Virus record (IMG/VR): IMGVR_UViG_3300025876_000019
Location: 6,526 to 70,525 of that record
Source of the DNA: a virus
Length of the DNA: 64,000 bases
Direction: 5' to 3' (one strand)
Below, piece by piece: positions 19,001 through 29,200 of this stretch (its first letter is position 1; every line of letters starts with the position of its first letter). The notes beneath the pieces are model-generated. The model worked only from the letters and a program-made list of their open reading frames with translations. It had not been told where the DNA came from and searched no databases. The translations under genes were made by a program, and so were the position numbers.

Positions 19001-19575
19001 ACATTGTCCAGTGTCTCTGACAGCGTACCCGCCTCAACATAGACTTCCTGTACTTGCCTAAAGCTATCAGTATCATCAATCCCATAGGACGCAAGGTAGC
19101 AGCGCACCGCTGTCTCAGAATCAATCTGATGGTCAATATATGAAGTGCCTACAGTCCCGACGTAATCAGTACCAGTCTCGGCAATGCTTGTACGTGTAAC
19201 ACGACGTAGGCCATTTAACTCGTAGTCAGTATTGTCATCCTTTACTTGAACAAAGGTAGACCCCGCAGTTTCATAAGTAAGGACTACTAGGTAGTCCCCT
19301 CCGTCACGCATTGATCGGTTGCCGGACTCAACCTTGGTAAGCCGCATATCGGCATACGCTTCTCCTGCACGTGGGGCGAGTCCATCAATGGACATCTCGG
19401 CGGACTGAAGGCTTCCGTAGTCCGGGAAGATACGATCCTTGTTTGCGCTGTACCAATCATTCCTGGTGTTTAGTGCGGTACAATTTACAGTAAGCCGGTA
19501 GCGGCCATTTTGTAATTGCTCAACCGATGGTTGACCTACTAACTTGAGTCGATTGGTGCGGTGCGAAATTGACAT
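16099..19575 (-). CDS. tail-associated protein with 55-aa tandem repeats
   Basis: 9 near-identical and several degenerate units GEVSRT.E.RNQGKLT.TT.E.LG.AG...GVE.EATTREQDGYTLFRN.FA.G. Confidence 0.8.
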   Translation of the reverse strand: MSISHRTNRLKLVGQPSVEQLQNGRYRLTVNCTALNTRNDWYSANKDRIFPDYGSLQSAEMSIDGLAPRAGEAYADMRLTKVESGNRSMRDGGDYLVVLTYETAGSTFVQVKDDNTDYELNGLRRVTRTSIAETGTDYVGTVGTSYIDHQIDSETAVRCYLASYGIDDTDSFRQVQEVYVEAGTLSETLDNVGSQKAKVIETIGADPATPDGYVLANTQVSDFEGIKTNRYTFLKPSVLSRNVDTRNNGKLKVETVEAFSETPTSTIGGVQISIRQSDVEGIPTNQYVFALGFGEVERSSQTKNQGALTITTVTSLGFPGIATGIEIEATTREEDGYILFRNTFADGNGEVSRTVETRNQGALTVTTVEALGAAGTGTGVEIEATTREQDGYTLFRNTFATGDGEVSRTIEYRNQGKLTITTVESLGSAGTGAGVEVEATTREQDGYTLFRNVFADGQGEVSRTVENRNQGKLTVTTVEALGTAGSAIGVGIEATTREQDGYTLFRNVFADGQGEVSRSTEYRNQGKLTVTTIESLGSAGTGTGVEIEATTREQDGYTLFRNTFAQGNGEVSRSTETRNQGKLTITTVEALGSAGSAGGVEIEATTREQDGYTLFRNVFADGQGEVSRTTETRNQGKLTVTTIESLGSAGTGTGVEIEATTREQDGYTLFRNTFAEGNGEVSRTVETRNQGKLTITTVEALGTAGTGTGVEIEATTREQDGYTLFRNTFAEGQGEVSRTVETKNQGKLTITTVESLGSAGTGAGVEVEATTREQDGYTLFRNVFANGTGVISAKTDKQYQDTLQIVTTTALGVASGIDNISSSSREEDGYTIFTNVGATGDGEISNSTEERNQGKLKINRIVSVGTPPTPVGTIISRSERKSDGHTVYDYSGALGEGQIFISQSAGPNNIPGTTQRTIRSLGAELIPDGVLIDSQDIVRDGYIEYIRTTLDGAIEGVKTVYADVATVEVPGTVACTTQAVSEGDVSGTIAITNSTPRRQKQVQTQVTIEITTTPPASASRAYDLGAISCSVTSVQTKLQSGDGSVATAVDGNTTLSQVGYQKSFASSANVQNYVGSYLTSSSSSGSVFYQSSEQPYLSAPNAISVQTAFSSSSSSCTGTGATAATGYSEVGVISRTVNAVLSALDGTTYYQVVTEETI
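17215..18700 (-). repeat. 165-bp tandem repeat array inside the 1158-aa gene
   Basis: TTGCGAAA at 17231 and 17396 gives period 165; synonymous sites diverged. Confidence 0.9.
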
Positions 19576-20186
19576 TAGCTATCTCCCTTAATAATTGCGA
19601 AATTTAGTACTACGGCTATATTACCCGTTGATTGATTGTGAGCATCGCCCACAGTAATCTGACAGGACCCAGCCTGTGTTATTGTAATTTGACTGTATAG
19701 TTTAGCATCTCCGTTACGTAAGCTAGTGATAATAACATCGTCCTCCTCAATGAAAGTATTATTCATTGTAAATGCCTGGATGTCATTATTTGAGAAGTCG
19801 TGGGTAAACATAGTAACCTTACCGCAGGGCTTATTCAAAGTTACACTTTCATTTACGCTAGTTGTTTGCACAACAGAACCTCCTGCTCCACTCGTGAATC
19901 CAATCTGATTGATGGATAGAGTATCAGTTGGCTGCATTATCAGTACCCAGTCAGTCCCAATTGGGTTAATCAGCATACAGTCATTCGGAGAAAGACTTAC
20001 GGAGGCGGAGCCATTGATGGTCTGTCCAGCCTTGGCTGACACAACAAGTATGTCCGGTCCGATGCTACGAATATATCTCGGCTCGGAGGATTCACACTTG
20101 GGTAGTTCATACGAAGTCACCCCACTAATAACATAGCAGGGTGTTCCGTTGTGGTAGTTTGTTGATATAGCCATTAGCAGTCCCAA
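19575..20186 (-). CDS. putative tail fibre/decoration protein
   Basis: GAGGSVVQTTS...VTLNKPCGKVTM...F.M.N..I...D, VLNFAIIKG fibre-type C-terminus. Confidence 0.6.
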   Translation of the reverse strand: MGLLMAISTNYHNGTPCYVISGVTSYELPKCESSEPRYIRSIGPDILVVSAKAGQTINGSASVSLSPNDCMLINPIGTDWVLIMQPTDTLSINQIGFTSGAGGSVVQTTSVNESVTLNKPCGKVTMFTHDFSNNDIQAFTMNNTFIEEDDVIITSLRNGDAKLYSQITITQAGSCQITVGDAHNQSTGNIAVVLNFAIIKGDS

Positions 20187-20419
20187 GCCTTACGGCTCCA
20201 ATAATTTGCTGAGAGTTTGTTTGTCTTACCCTTGATCCCACCACTACGAGCGCAGTAGCTTTTCTTGCGCTTTGGCTGATCCTTCTTGATGCTCATATTA
20301 GCATCCCCGAATCGTACGAGTTTCTCTGTCCCGCCTTGGCAGGCTTTCACGACGAACTTCTTCCCGCCTTGTACCTCACGGCGGGGTACGTTGCACTTCA
20401 TTTTGGATTTGTCCGGCAC
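20174..20419 (-). CDS. conserved small basic phage protein
   Basis: VRFGDANMSIKK...RKKSYCARS..IK...SANYWSRKAW. Confidence 0.7.
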   Translation of the reverse strand: MPDKSKMKCNVPRREVQGGKKFVVKACQGGTEKLVRFGDANMSIKKDQPKRKKSYCARSGGIKGKTNKLSANYWSRKAWDC

Positions 20420-20490
20420 TACTTGCCTTTCTTTCCACCACGTTCACCACAGGATCCTTTGCCAGCACTTTTTGTTTTTCGTCCGTACAT
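20419..20490 (-). CDS. 23-aa K/G-rich peptide (not in ORF track)
   Basis: MYGRKTKSAGKGSCGERGGKKGK; TAG overlaps GTG of next gene. Confidence 0.45.
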   Translation of the reverse strand: MYGRKTKSAGKGSCGERGGKKGK

Positions 20491-20508
20491 AATATTATTT
20501 GTTATTTG

Positions 20509-20904
20509 TTATTTGACTTGTGAGGAACCAAAGTAGAACCCTACGATGGCTAAAGCTGTTTGGCGGATCTCTGGTAGGATAACAAAACCCTGTACAGTGG
20601 TCCATTGCAGGCTCTTGAATAGCCCTAGAAAGCCTTTGGATTCTGATTGAATACTAACACCTATGTCCGTGAACGCAAAGACAAATGGGGCTATTACAAT
20701 GGCAAAGATAACTGCAGCTGTAATTGCCCGACGCATATAGACACCACCACGAGCTGCTGCCTTATCCGCTGACTCATCCGCTACGACCTGCTTTTGAATC
20801 ATACGCTCAAAGAGACGTGCTTGATTATCGGCCTGTGCCGCAATCATCTTCATTACGAATCCGCTTACGCCCCCGCCTAGCATTGCTATCAGTTCTGGTG
20901 TCAT
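20509..20904 (-). CDS. membrane protein, holin-like
   Basis: hydrophobic helices and C-terminal AIVGFYFGS motif. Confidence 0.6.
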   Translation of the reverse strand: MTPELIAMLGGGVSGFVMKMIAAQADNQARLFERMIQKQVVADESADKAAARGGVYMRRAITAAVIFAIVIAPFVFAFTDIGVSIQSESKGFLGLFKSLQWTTVQGFVILPEIRQTALAIVGFYFGSSQVK

Positions 20905-20905
20905 A

Positions 20906-21070
20906 TTAATCCTTGTCTATGAGTTCCTTGATTACCTTGACCGCCGATGCAGTCATATAAATTAATGTAGCAAAACCTACCGCCATACCCAATGGGTTAT
21001 TATAACCAAGTTCAAGGGTAGCTATAAAGCCCCCTGTGCCTATGGTAGATTTGTAAATAATGTCTTGCAT
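20906..21070 (-). CDS. 54-aa membrane protein (holin candidate), homolog of 55902-56066
   Basis: MQDIIYKSTIGTGGFIATLEL...TLIYMTASAVKVIKEL. Confidence 0.65.
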   Translation of the reverse strand: MQDIIYKSTIGTGGFIATLELGYNNPLGMAVGFATLIYMTASAVKVIKELIDKD

Positions 21071-22870
21071 CATACTTCAGGTTCTGGGTCAGGTGGTAGC
21101 AGTGCTAGGAATGTAGCTTTGTCTACGACTTCGCATTCATCCAGTTTTGCTTGGTCAAGCATCTCCCACAGTTCGTGGTAGATACCGCCTACACCGACCT
21201 CTGTGTAAATGTCACAGCAAGCACCGTAGCGTCCGTCAGTCAACAGCACTGGGCTGATATGATTGCTAGTAGTCAAGGTGTCTTGCTTTGCGATCATTGA
21301 GTCCCGCAGTTCTGCAGGAATCAGAAGATAGTTGTAGCTGTGTTCTTCAGCCGTAGGATTAGTGGCTAGGTATTCTGAGGGTGTCATAATTAAATTGCTG
21401 CGATTTCTGTGATTAGGGTGTCTTGCAGGCCTTCTAGGGTAGCAAGGTCAAGCGCAGGGCCGACGTGATAGGTTGCTAGGCGTGCGTTGCTTGATACAAT
21501 TGTTCCAATGGCAAAAATGCCAATTAGAACTGCATTTGGAGCTGTAGATGTAACAGCCGCTGAATAGTCAGTTGCATTACTGCGAACATCAATATCGGTG
21601 CTTGTGCTGCGAGCTGCACCATACAGTCCAGGTGTAGGAGTCGTGCCTAAAGCTGTTGAGCCGTGAAGCCATTGAGTAGCATTTGCACGTAACACTGCGG
21701 ACTGTGTACTATTGCCTAGTAAAAATCCACCCCCAGCTGTATGTGATTCTTTTATGTAAACGGAAATAGAAGCATCGTTTTGCGATATGGCAGTCCCAGC
21801 TACATTGGTAGCAAGATACTTTGTCGAACCATCACCTTTCAGTCCAGTCAACTGATCCAAATCACCTACAACAAAGTTATTATTTGTCAGCACTGGCATT
21901 CCGCTACGAAGGGGAACCGTAACGCCCTGAATACCTACACCAACAAAGGATGCAGAGGATTTCATATCGTCCCAGTAGGCTCCACCGAGCGTTACTAGAC
22001 TATCAATGTAGTTAGCTAGTGGCTGACGGTATGCGTAGTGCGTAGTGTCACCTGCGGCTACAAGGCGTGAGAAATAATTAGCTGCTTCTGCGGAGAATTG
22101 AGCTTCTGCAACTTCTGTGATTAGGGTGTCTTGCAGTGCTTCTAGGGTAGCAAGGTCAAGTGCAGGGCCTGCGTGGTAGGTTGCTAGGCGTGCGTCTGAA
22201 TAGGAACCTACACTTCCGCCTATAGCATTGTTTGCGGCGAATATGAGTAGATCTGCTTCGTCTTGAGCGCCCGACACTACAGCGGCAGTTAAATCGGTAG
22301 AATCACGACGATATGTAAAATTAGATGAATTATCACGTGCCGAGCCAAAGAATCCATCTGCGGAGTTTACCCCGCCTGCGCCCGCTCCACTGAAATTTCT
22401 CGCATCAATTCGTTGAGCAGAACTTCGATACTGAAAATGAAACGGGTTTCCGCCAGAGCCTGGCTTGATTCCGAGTAGTATTGATTGGTCTGCCGATGTC
22501 GCCGTGTCTAAATCCGTAACATAGAAACTGAGCGAGTTGTCGTTCTGAGCGTAGTCGGTCGTGTCAGTGTTAGTGCTTAGGTATTTGCCTGAGGCTGAGT
22601 TACCCTTCAAACCAGTCAGCTGGTCTAAGTCAAGATCAGTAAAGTTATTCTCCGTAAGAACGGGCATTCCGTCCCTAAGAGGAACTGTAATGCCTTGAAT
22701 ACCTACACCTACAAAGGATGCAGCGGATTCCATCGTGTCCCAGTATGCACCGCCCAGCGATACTAGACTATCAATGTAGTTAGCTAGTGGCTGCTTGTAA
22801 TCAACGTAGGTGGTGTCACCTGCAGTGTCCAAGCGGTCGAAGTAATTCTGTGCTTCTGCCGAGAATGCTT
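20920..22870. repeat. copy 1 of ~2-kb direct repeat (fibre-chaperone-membrane protein module)
   Basis: matches ~55916-57866 at offset 34,996; 21531-22594 appears identical to 56527-57590. Confidence 0.95.
21070..21387 (-). CDS. fibre-associated protein/chaperone, copy 1
   Basis: 105 aa, near-identical to 56066-56383; directly follows fibre gene. Confidence 0.7.
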   Translation of the reverse strand: MTPSEYLATNPTAEEHSYNYLLIPAELRDSMIAKQDTLTTSNHISPVLLTDGRYGACCDIYTEVGVGGIYHELWEMLDQAKLDECEVVDKATFLALLPPDPEPEV

Positions 22871-22946
22871 CGCCACCAGCGCCATTCGAAGGAATGGTTG
22901 CCCGCAATGAAAACAGGATAGAGGGCGTTATGGTGGCAGAGATCAT
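21390..22946 (-). CDS. receptor-binding/fibre protein with two tandem lectin-like domains, copy 1
   Basis: two ~245-aa units FSAEA.NYF...DLDQLTGLKG-[variable]-ARLATYH.GPALDLATLE. Confidence 0.7.
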   Translation of the reverse strand: MISATITPSILFSLRATIPSNGAGGEAFSAEAQNYFDRLDTAGDTTYVDYKQPLANYIDSLVSLGGAYWDTMESAASFVGVGIQGITVPLRDGMPVLTENNFTDLDLDQLTGLKGNSASGKYLSTNTDTTDYAQNDNSLSFYVTDLDTATSADQSILLGIKPGSGGNPFHFQYRSSAQRIDARNFSGAGAGGVNSADGFFGSARDNSSNFTYRRDSTDLTAAVVSGAQDEADLLIFAANNAIGGSVGSYSDARLATYHAGPALDLATLEALQDTLITEVAEAQFSAEAANYFSRLVAAGDTTHYAYRQPLANYIDSLVTLGGAYWDDMKSSASFVGVGIQGVTVPLRSGMPVLTNNNFVVGDLDQLTGLKGDGSTKYLATNVAGTAISQNDASISVYIKESHTAGGGFLLGNSTQSAVLRANATQWLHGSTALGTTPTPGLYGAARSTSTDIDVRSNATDYSAAVTSTAPNAVLIGIFAIGTIVSSNARLATYHVGPALDLATLEGLQDTLITEIAAI

Positions 22947-22948
22947 AC

Positions 22949-23224
22949 TTAGCGTTGGCGAATGTCAGAGATGGCGTAGTTGCAATTCCCTGTGCCTGCC
23001 ATAGTGAGACGCACGTATCCCGCTCCAGTCGTGTATAAGACGCCCTGTGCTGCTGTGAGTGCCGCTGGGACGTTGACCTCGCTGACCAATGGAAGCCACT
23101 TGTCAGAGCCATTTTCGCTCCACTCTACCGTGACTGAAGTGCCGAGGTCGCCCTCGACTGCTACGAACTTAGTGCCGTTTACAGTAGATACTGCTGGCGT
23201 TGAACCTGTTGTGAAATTTAACAT
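22949..23224 (-). CDS. small virion protein upstream of fibre (phage B)
   Basis: 91 aa beta-rich; TTGTAA-16-TAAGAT promoter upstream. Confidence 0.6.
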   Translation of the reverse strand: MLNFTTGSTPAVSTVNGTKFVAVEGDLGTSVTVEWSENGSDKWLPLVSEVNVPAALTAAQGVLYTTGAGYVRLTMAGTGNCNYAISDIRQR

Positions 23225-23282
23225 AATATATGGGGTTGGATTGAATCTTAGGCGAGAGTCGCCTGTTTACAAATTAATAGTT

Positions 23283-26200
23283 TTAGTCCTCAAAGATTGA
23301 CCATTTAGACCAGCCACCTGCACGGAGGAAGGGATGCTCAGTGTTGCCTTCGGAAATGTCCGTGATGGCGTCGTAGTAGTTATTAATGGTCTTAACTGGG
23401 ATACCTGCGGCTAATCCAGCACTTGAACTTAGCTCAAGCCAAGCACTCAGGTCATCACCATTCTTAACTGCCTTCTCGAAGTCCTGCTTAATTTCACCTA
23501 CTAGGTCAATGATTGGAGACCCCGAAGAGTCCCAGCTTTCACCAGTCCCAGCAGCTAAGTTAGCGAGAACCGTGATCAACTGACCAGCCAGTGGGATGGC
23601 GTTCAGGTTGCCTGCATAAAGCGCACGCCTCTGTTTTGCCCAGAACTGCTCCTTGATGTAGTCCTCGTCGTCTGTGAAGCCCACTAGGCCAGAGGCGACT
23701 GCTTGGAATATCTGTGGCAATAGGACGTGATAGATGACGATTGCCCTGAGTGCTTGATTGGCAGCCTTCTTGACGTCAGATTTGCGGCCAGCTTTCTTCT
23801 CGAAGACATTAGCCACTAGGTTGGCAATGCCAGTGTTGACGTTGCGCTGATACTGGAGCGGTGACGTAAGATACATGAACCAAGTCCGAGCTGCCCCCTT
23901 GCCCCTAAGGAATGCACCCTTGGCGTGTGTAGCGCTGGACTGCTGCGCACGCTCTGAAGCGAGACCGAATACCTCCTCAGCCTTGGCCTGCGCTTGATCG
24001 TTTGTCATGCCAGCAGCCTTAGCCTCGTTGTATGCGTGAACATATACTGGAGCGCCACCTGCGATGACCGCACCGATGTCTCCCCACTTGACGTTCATCA
24101 TTGCGTAATCATCCCAGCGTAGTCCCTTGAGCGTGTTGTCGCGCTGGTCGAGTTGCTGCTGGATGTCAGCGAACTGGGAGTTGCTCATACGGTTTTTCAC
24201 GTATTCACTGTTCCAGATCATTGGCATAAACTTACGGGCATTGCGCGTAAGGGATGCGGCTGCCTTTGCGTACGCTACTGGCCCGATCTCCTCGACGAAA
24301 GCTGGTGCGGATGTAAGCTGCTTGATGAGGATAGCAGGCTTAGCCATCAACTGAGCCTTGGTCACGTTTGAGCGTATTCTGTTCCAGTCCCTGTCGGTTT
24401 TGTTGGTGATCTTTGGGTCTCCTTCAATGATAGCCTCAACCTGATCTCTTAACGATTCGTAGAAGTCAGCACCATGCTTTTGTGTGATAGCGTTCCTCGC
24501 TCTGGCATTATTAAGGAAAGCGGCAGACAGGTTCTTGGCTAGCTCTGCGTGGCTGATGTAGTGGTTGACCTCCTTGGCGTGTGCCGAAAAGTCTGCGGAT
24601 GCGTCTCTAAATATAAGGTAGTCAGTAGAGTTTGTCCGTTCTTTCATGCTGCCAGACTTAACCGTTGGACGGCCCGATGCATTTGTTGAGAACATTTGCA
24701 TATCCTCCTGCCTTGAGCCGACAGAGTTGATGCGACGCGCACGCCCACCGTATCCGTCAATCATGTCCAGAGGAATACCCTCGACCTCCATGTGCTTGGC
24801 ATTCAACCTAATACCCATCTCTGCGTATCTTTCACGGAAGTAGTAAGCCTCGGAAACACCAATCTCACCGATAAACTCCTTGATTTGCTCGATGGTCGCC
24901 TCGTTGATCCCCATGTTGGAGAACGTAGAACGTAGGGAAGGATCGAGCCACTGCATGAATAGCGCAACACCTTGCTGCTTGCTGATCGTGCGCTTCTCCA
25001 TTCCGATTGCTTTGTCCTCAATCCACTCGATGTCCGTGTCGTGAAGCTCATGACTGTTCTCATACCAAGATGCCGCGACCTTGTCGTCTGTTCCGAGAAC
25101 CGTCTTGAAGTCTTCGTTGACACGCTCCACGTGTTCACGGTTGAGTGCCTTCTCGTTCTGGTCTGCTTGGTAGACTGCTGGCAGGAATAAATCCTCAAGG
25201 ATACCTCCCTTGACGCTGTCCATCTTGTTGAGCTGCTGTTGGAAACCTTCCATGCCACGGATGAGCCGTGAGCGTATGTAGTCAAAACCTCTCCTAAGCC
25301 TGCCACGCTGCTTTTCACGTGCCGCAATCTGGGACTTGCCCATTGCTTGCTCACCGCTCAAGACCTCTTCGCGAACCAAGTCACCGACCTGCTCGTTGCG
25401 CTGCCTGCGATCTTCCTTGAATTCGTCACGTGAAGTGCGACCGCCCTTGGCGATACTGCCAGCTATCTCTAGTGCAGCCTTGACGCGAGTAGGGTTTGAC
25501 TGGCGGTTGCCTACGTCACCAAAGATGTCTATGAGTTCGTCACGACGTTCGTCTGTAATGCCCTCTGGTGGGGTTGCCTCGCTGTTGTTGAGTAGTCGCT
25601 GTGCAAAGTTAAGCTCAGCACGTGCCTCCTCGCCTACTCGCTCTCTGAGCTTTCTGCGGTTTGGTGCATACTCAGTTGCGAACGGACGCAGTAGGCTGCG
25701 AAGTGTGCGGACGTTGCGTGTCCGATAGTGTCTGTCGATCTCAGCCTCTAGCTTGTTAGCCATCTGCTCAACCCAGCGCGCCTTTCCCTGTAGCGTCTTA
25801 CGCTCCACTAGGCGACCAAACCCACGCATACGGGCTCTGACCTCCATTGGGACTTCGGGGCTGTTGATGAGCCTCTCAAGTGCCTTCACGGACTCTGTGA
25901 CGTCCTCACGTTCAGCGGCCTGCTTGCGAATCTGTTTAACCTTCTGCTCAACCACGCGGATGATCTTCTCGTCGCCCGCCTGCTTGAGTGCCTCGATCTC
26001 GTCTGCATCTGTAGCAAGTTGCAACAGCTTCTGGAGCTTTTCTTTCTCCTCCTCAGTGTTGTCGAGCTGTGTCCTGCGTAGTTCACGTTGGTAGTCGATG
26101 AATGCTTGACGCTCTGATGTGCGGGACTGGCGCTCTTCAGCGGCTACTGTAGCCTCTGCATCTGCGTCCTGCTCGGAGAGTGGCTCTAGTGAGTAGTTAA

Positions 26201-29200
26201 TCCGCGGATCATTCGGGTCGAACGTGCCACGGTTATCAGTGGCTGACTTGATCTGGGTTGGATCGAAGGTGATGTAATTTCTCTCCCCATTATACAAATT
26301 AACAATAATGCCGTCATACCCTTGAGCTATCAATGAATCTCTATATTCAACAAAGTCACCTTCCGTTATCTCAGACAACTTCTTGCCGTGGAACTCTGAG
26401 GCTTTTTCGTTTAGTGACTCCGACGCATCAGATTCAAACTCCTTCCCCTTTAAGATAATAGGATTTTTAATAGATAGATAGACATCATAAATCCATCCAC
26501 GTGCACCAGCATACAAACTTGCTTGATCTTCAAAGGTTGTAAAAAATGCCCCAAGTTTTCCATTTTTTGCCCCAGTAGCGGTGCTACCTAGCCCAATGTC
26601 GAAAGTATCAAAGTCTTCACCAGTCCCATGATACACAACCAACGGCTCACCGTTCTCATCGACAACCTTAGAGTCACCGAACCACGACTTGAACGCTGGG
26701 GTGTCTGGGGCTTCTAGTGAGTAGGTGGGGTCTACGCTCTTAGTGTTCACCTTCATGCCGCCAATGGACACGCCAGATGTAGGGTATAGCTCAAGGAGTC
26801 TGCTCTTCTCTACATTCTCACCCTTAGCGTTTGGCCCGACATAGGTAGGGTTCTGGTTAACTACCTCGCCAGTAGTCGGATCTTCAAACACGGAAGACCA
26901 GTGCGGAGAATCCTTTAGAATATGCAGCTTAGTCTTTGATCCAGTAGCTGACTTAATTGCCATAGGATAGGACTCATGCTGTTTGCTCTTAACCGCCTCA
27001 ACTTCACCTGACATCTCAAGCACAGCGTAAACAAACCCACCTTGATTCTCCTTGGCTTGAAAAGGTTTCACCAATGGTTCCGATAGCATATCGGACAGGG
27101 CTTGCTTCATGTTTGCTGCTGAAATGGATAGCTTTCCTGTTTTCGATTTACCCTTGAAATACTCGTTGGCAGTCCCTTCGGTAAAAAATTGAGCCATCTG
27201 TTTTACCGCATCAATCCCTTCCTCGGCTGACTTCTTTTCCTCCTTGATAGCTTCACGTATCCGTAGATTCTCTGCCTTAACTTCCGCTACCAAGATGCGC
27301 TTTTCCGCTGGGGTAAGACCTTGCTTCCTCTCCTTTACCTCGGCTGGACTGGTCAGTGATTCGCGAAGTTCCTTGACCTTCTTGGCTGATTTTTCCTTTG
27401 CCGCAATAGCAGGGGCATTGATGATATCTGCCATGCGGGCGATCATCCCGAGGCTGAATGCTTTACGCGCCGCAAAGTTCGACTCCTCTGGGCTGAGTGC
27501 CGCTCTAATCTTTTTTAGGTTTTCAATAAAGGAGTCACCTTTCTTTAAATCAACACCAAGAGATTCTTCTTTAATTGTCACCTCGTCCGTAAGAGGATCT
27601 TTTACCTTCTTGGTTGTCTTTGCATTTGCCGCCTCAATGATTGCATTTTGCGTTTCAGACTTATTGATCTTGATCTCGCTATTGTTCGCTTTTGCCACGA
27701 AGAAATCCATGACAGCATTGGACATTGTAGTGCTTGAGAGTAGCTTCTCTACTGGCGCTGACGTGAGTGCCATGTAGATCGTCCCATCATTTTCTTCTAG
27801 GATCTTGTTCAGGGACTCAGCCATGCCGATTGCAGCATTCTCAGTCGATGCCCAGAAGTATCCACCCTCATGGAACTTAATCGGGTAAAACACTCCACCC
27901 TTGCCCTCGACTAATACCTCGTCGCCATGCTTCAATTGACCAGAGAAAGCCCCGTCTGGCTGGTGTAGGAAGATGATCTTACCCTCGAAGTCCTCTAGTG
28001 TCTTGTCAGTAGTGATGTATCCATCCTTGATCAGTTGCTTCCATTTGTCGGAGTCCTTGTCGTAGCTGTAAGTGTAGCCGAGTGCTGGGTCTTTATGCTC
28101 CAGTTGGAACGTCTCCACACGGTCAATGTTCTCCTGCTCGCTAATACCAGCGTTGGTCTGCGTGTTTGGAGTTCCTACTGGCTTACCCACAAGACCTTGA
28201 CGGTCAAGCATTTCCAAGAAACCTGCTGGCAACTGGCCGCTAGCCTCTAAGTCCTGTAGCTCCTTAGCCCTGCTGAGGATCTGTTTAAACTTGCTGATGA
28301 TGTCGTCTAAGAACTTCAAGAACGACTCTGGGAGTGAAAGGTTGTTGCGCTGTCCGTAGATGCGTGCCTTGACCTGTTCGGCCACCCACTCCTTGACATC
28401 CTCGTCGGTTTCACCACGTAGGTCAGGTGTGCCAGTAAGCTCTTCGACGGCCTTACGCCATGCACGAACCTGCTCAACCGTAATAGTTCCGTTAGCAATG
28501 TCTCTGTCGTATTCAGCGTGAGCAAACTCCTCGACCACTGTAAACGGATTGGCTCCCTTGAAAAGTTTAATGAGTGACTGAATAGGGCTACCGCCTGTCT
28601 TGGTGGACTTCTGTGAACCCCTCTGAACCACATCCTCAAGTCGAGTGTTGGGCATACCCTGTGCCGTCATCAGCTCTTTGGACTTTGCTTCAATCTCCTT
28701 CTTGGTAAACCCAGCGTCCTTCCATCCTTGGATGATAGCCTTACCGCCAGCAGCGAGTTCTGGCATGTTCTCAACCGTAGTGTTTACGGACAGTGGGCTG
28801 AGAATGTTGATAAGGTCAATGACTTGGTCTTGCTCTTCAAGCTCCCTGTCTGCCTTGTCTAGGCGTGCCTGCTCTATTCTCTGCTTCTCTGCCTCAACGC
28901 CACGTGTGAAGGGCGTCATAATCTTGCCCTTGACGATCTCTTCGACGCGCTTTGCTTCGAGTGCTTGGATCTCCTTGTCCAACTTCTCGTACTGCTTCAT
29001 GTCTTCTGGAGTGCTGTCCTCAGCCCCTTCTAGTGCAACAAGCTCTTCCTTCTTGGCGCTGATCTCCTTGTCGATGGGTGTCTCTACTAGTGGCTCAATT
29101 GGGTCTGCGACCTCCGCCGCTTCCTTGCCACGTGCTTCGGCTTCCTCTGGCGTTAAACCAGCCTCTACGGCTCCACGTGACGCTTCTACCGTAACTGCCT

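Noticed and set aside
21390-21540. Diversity-generating retroelement suggested by substitutions clustered at the fibre C-terminus between the two copies
   Set aside because: Differences are not adenine-specific, both copies are full genes, and no reverse transcriptase is present in the window
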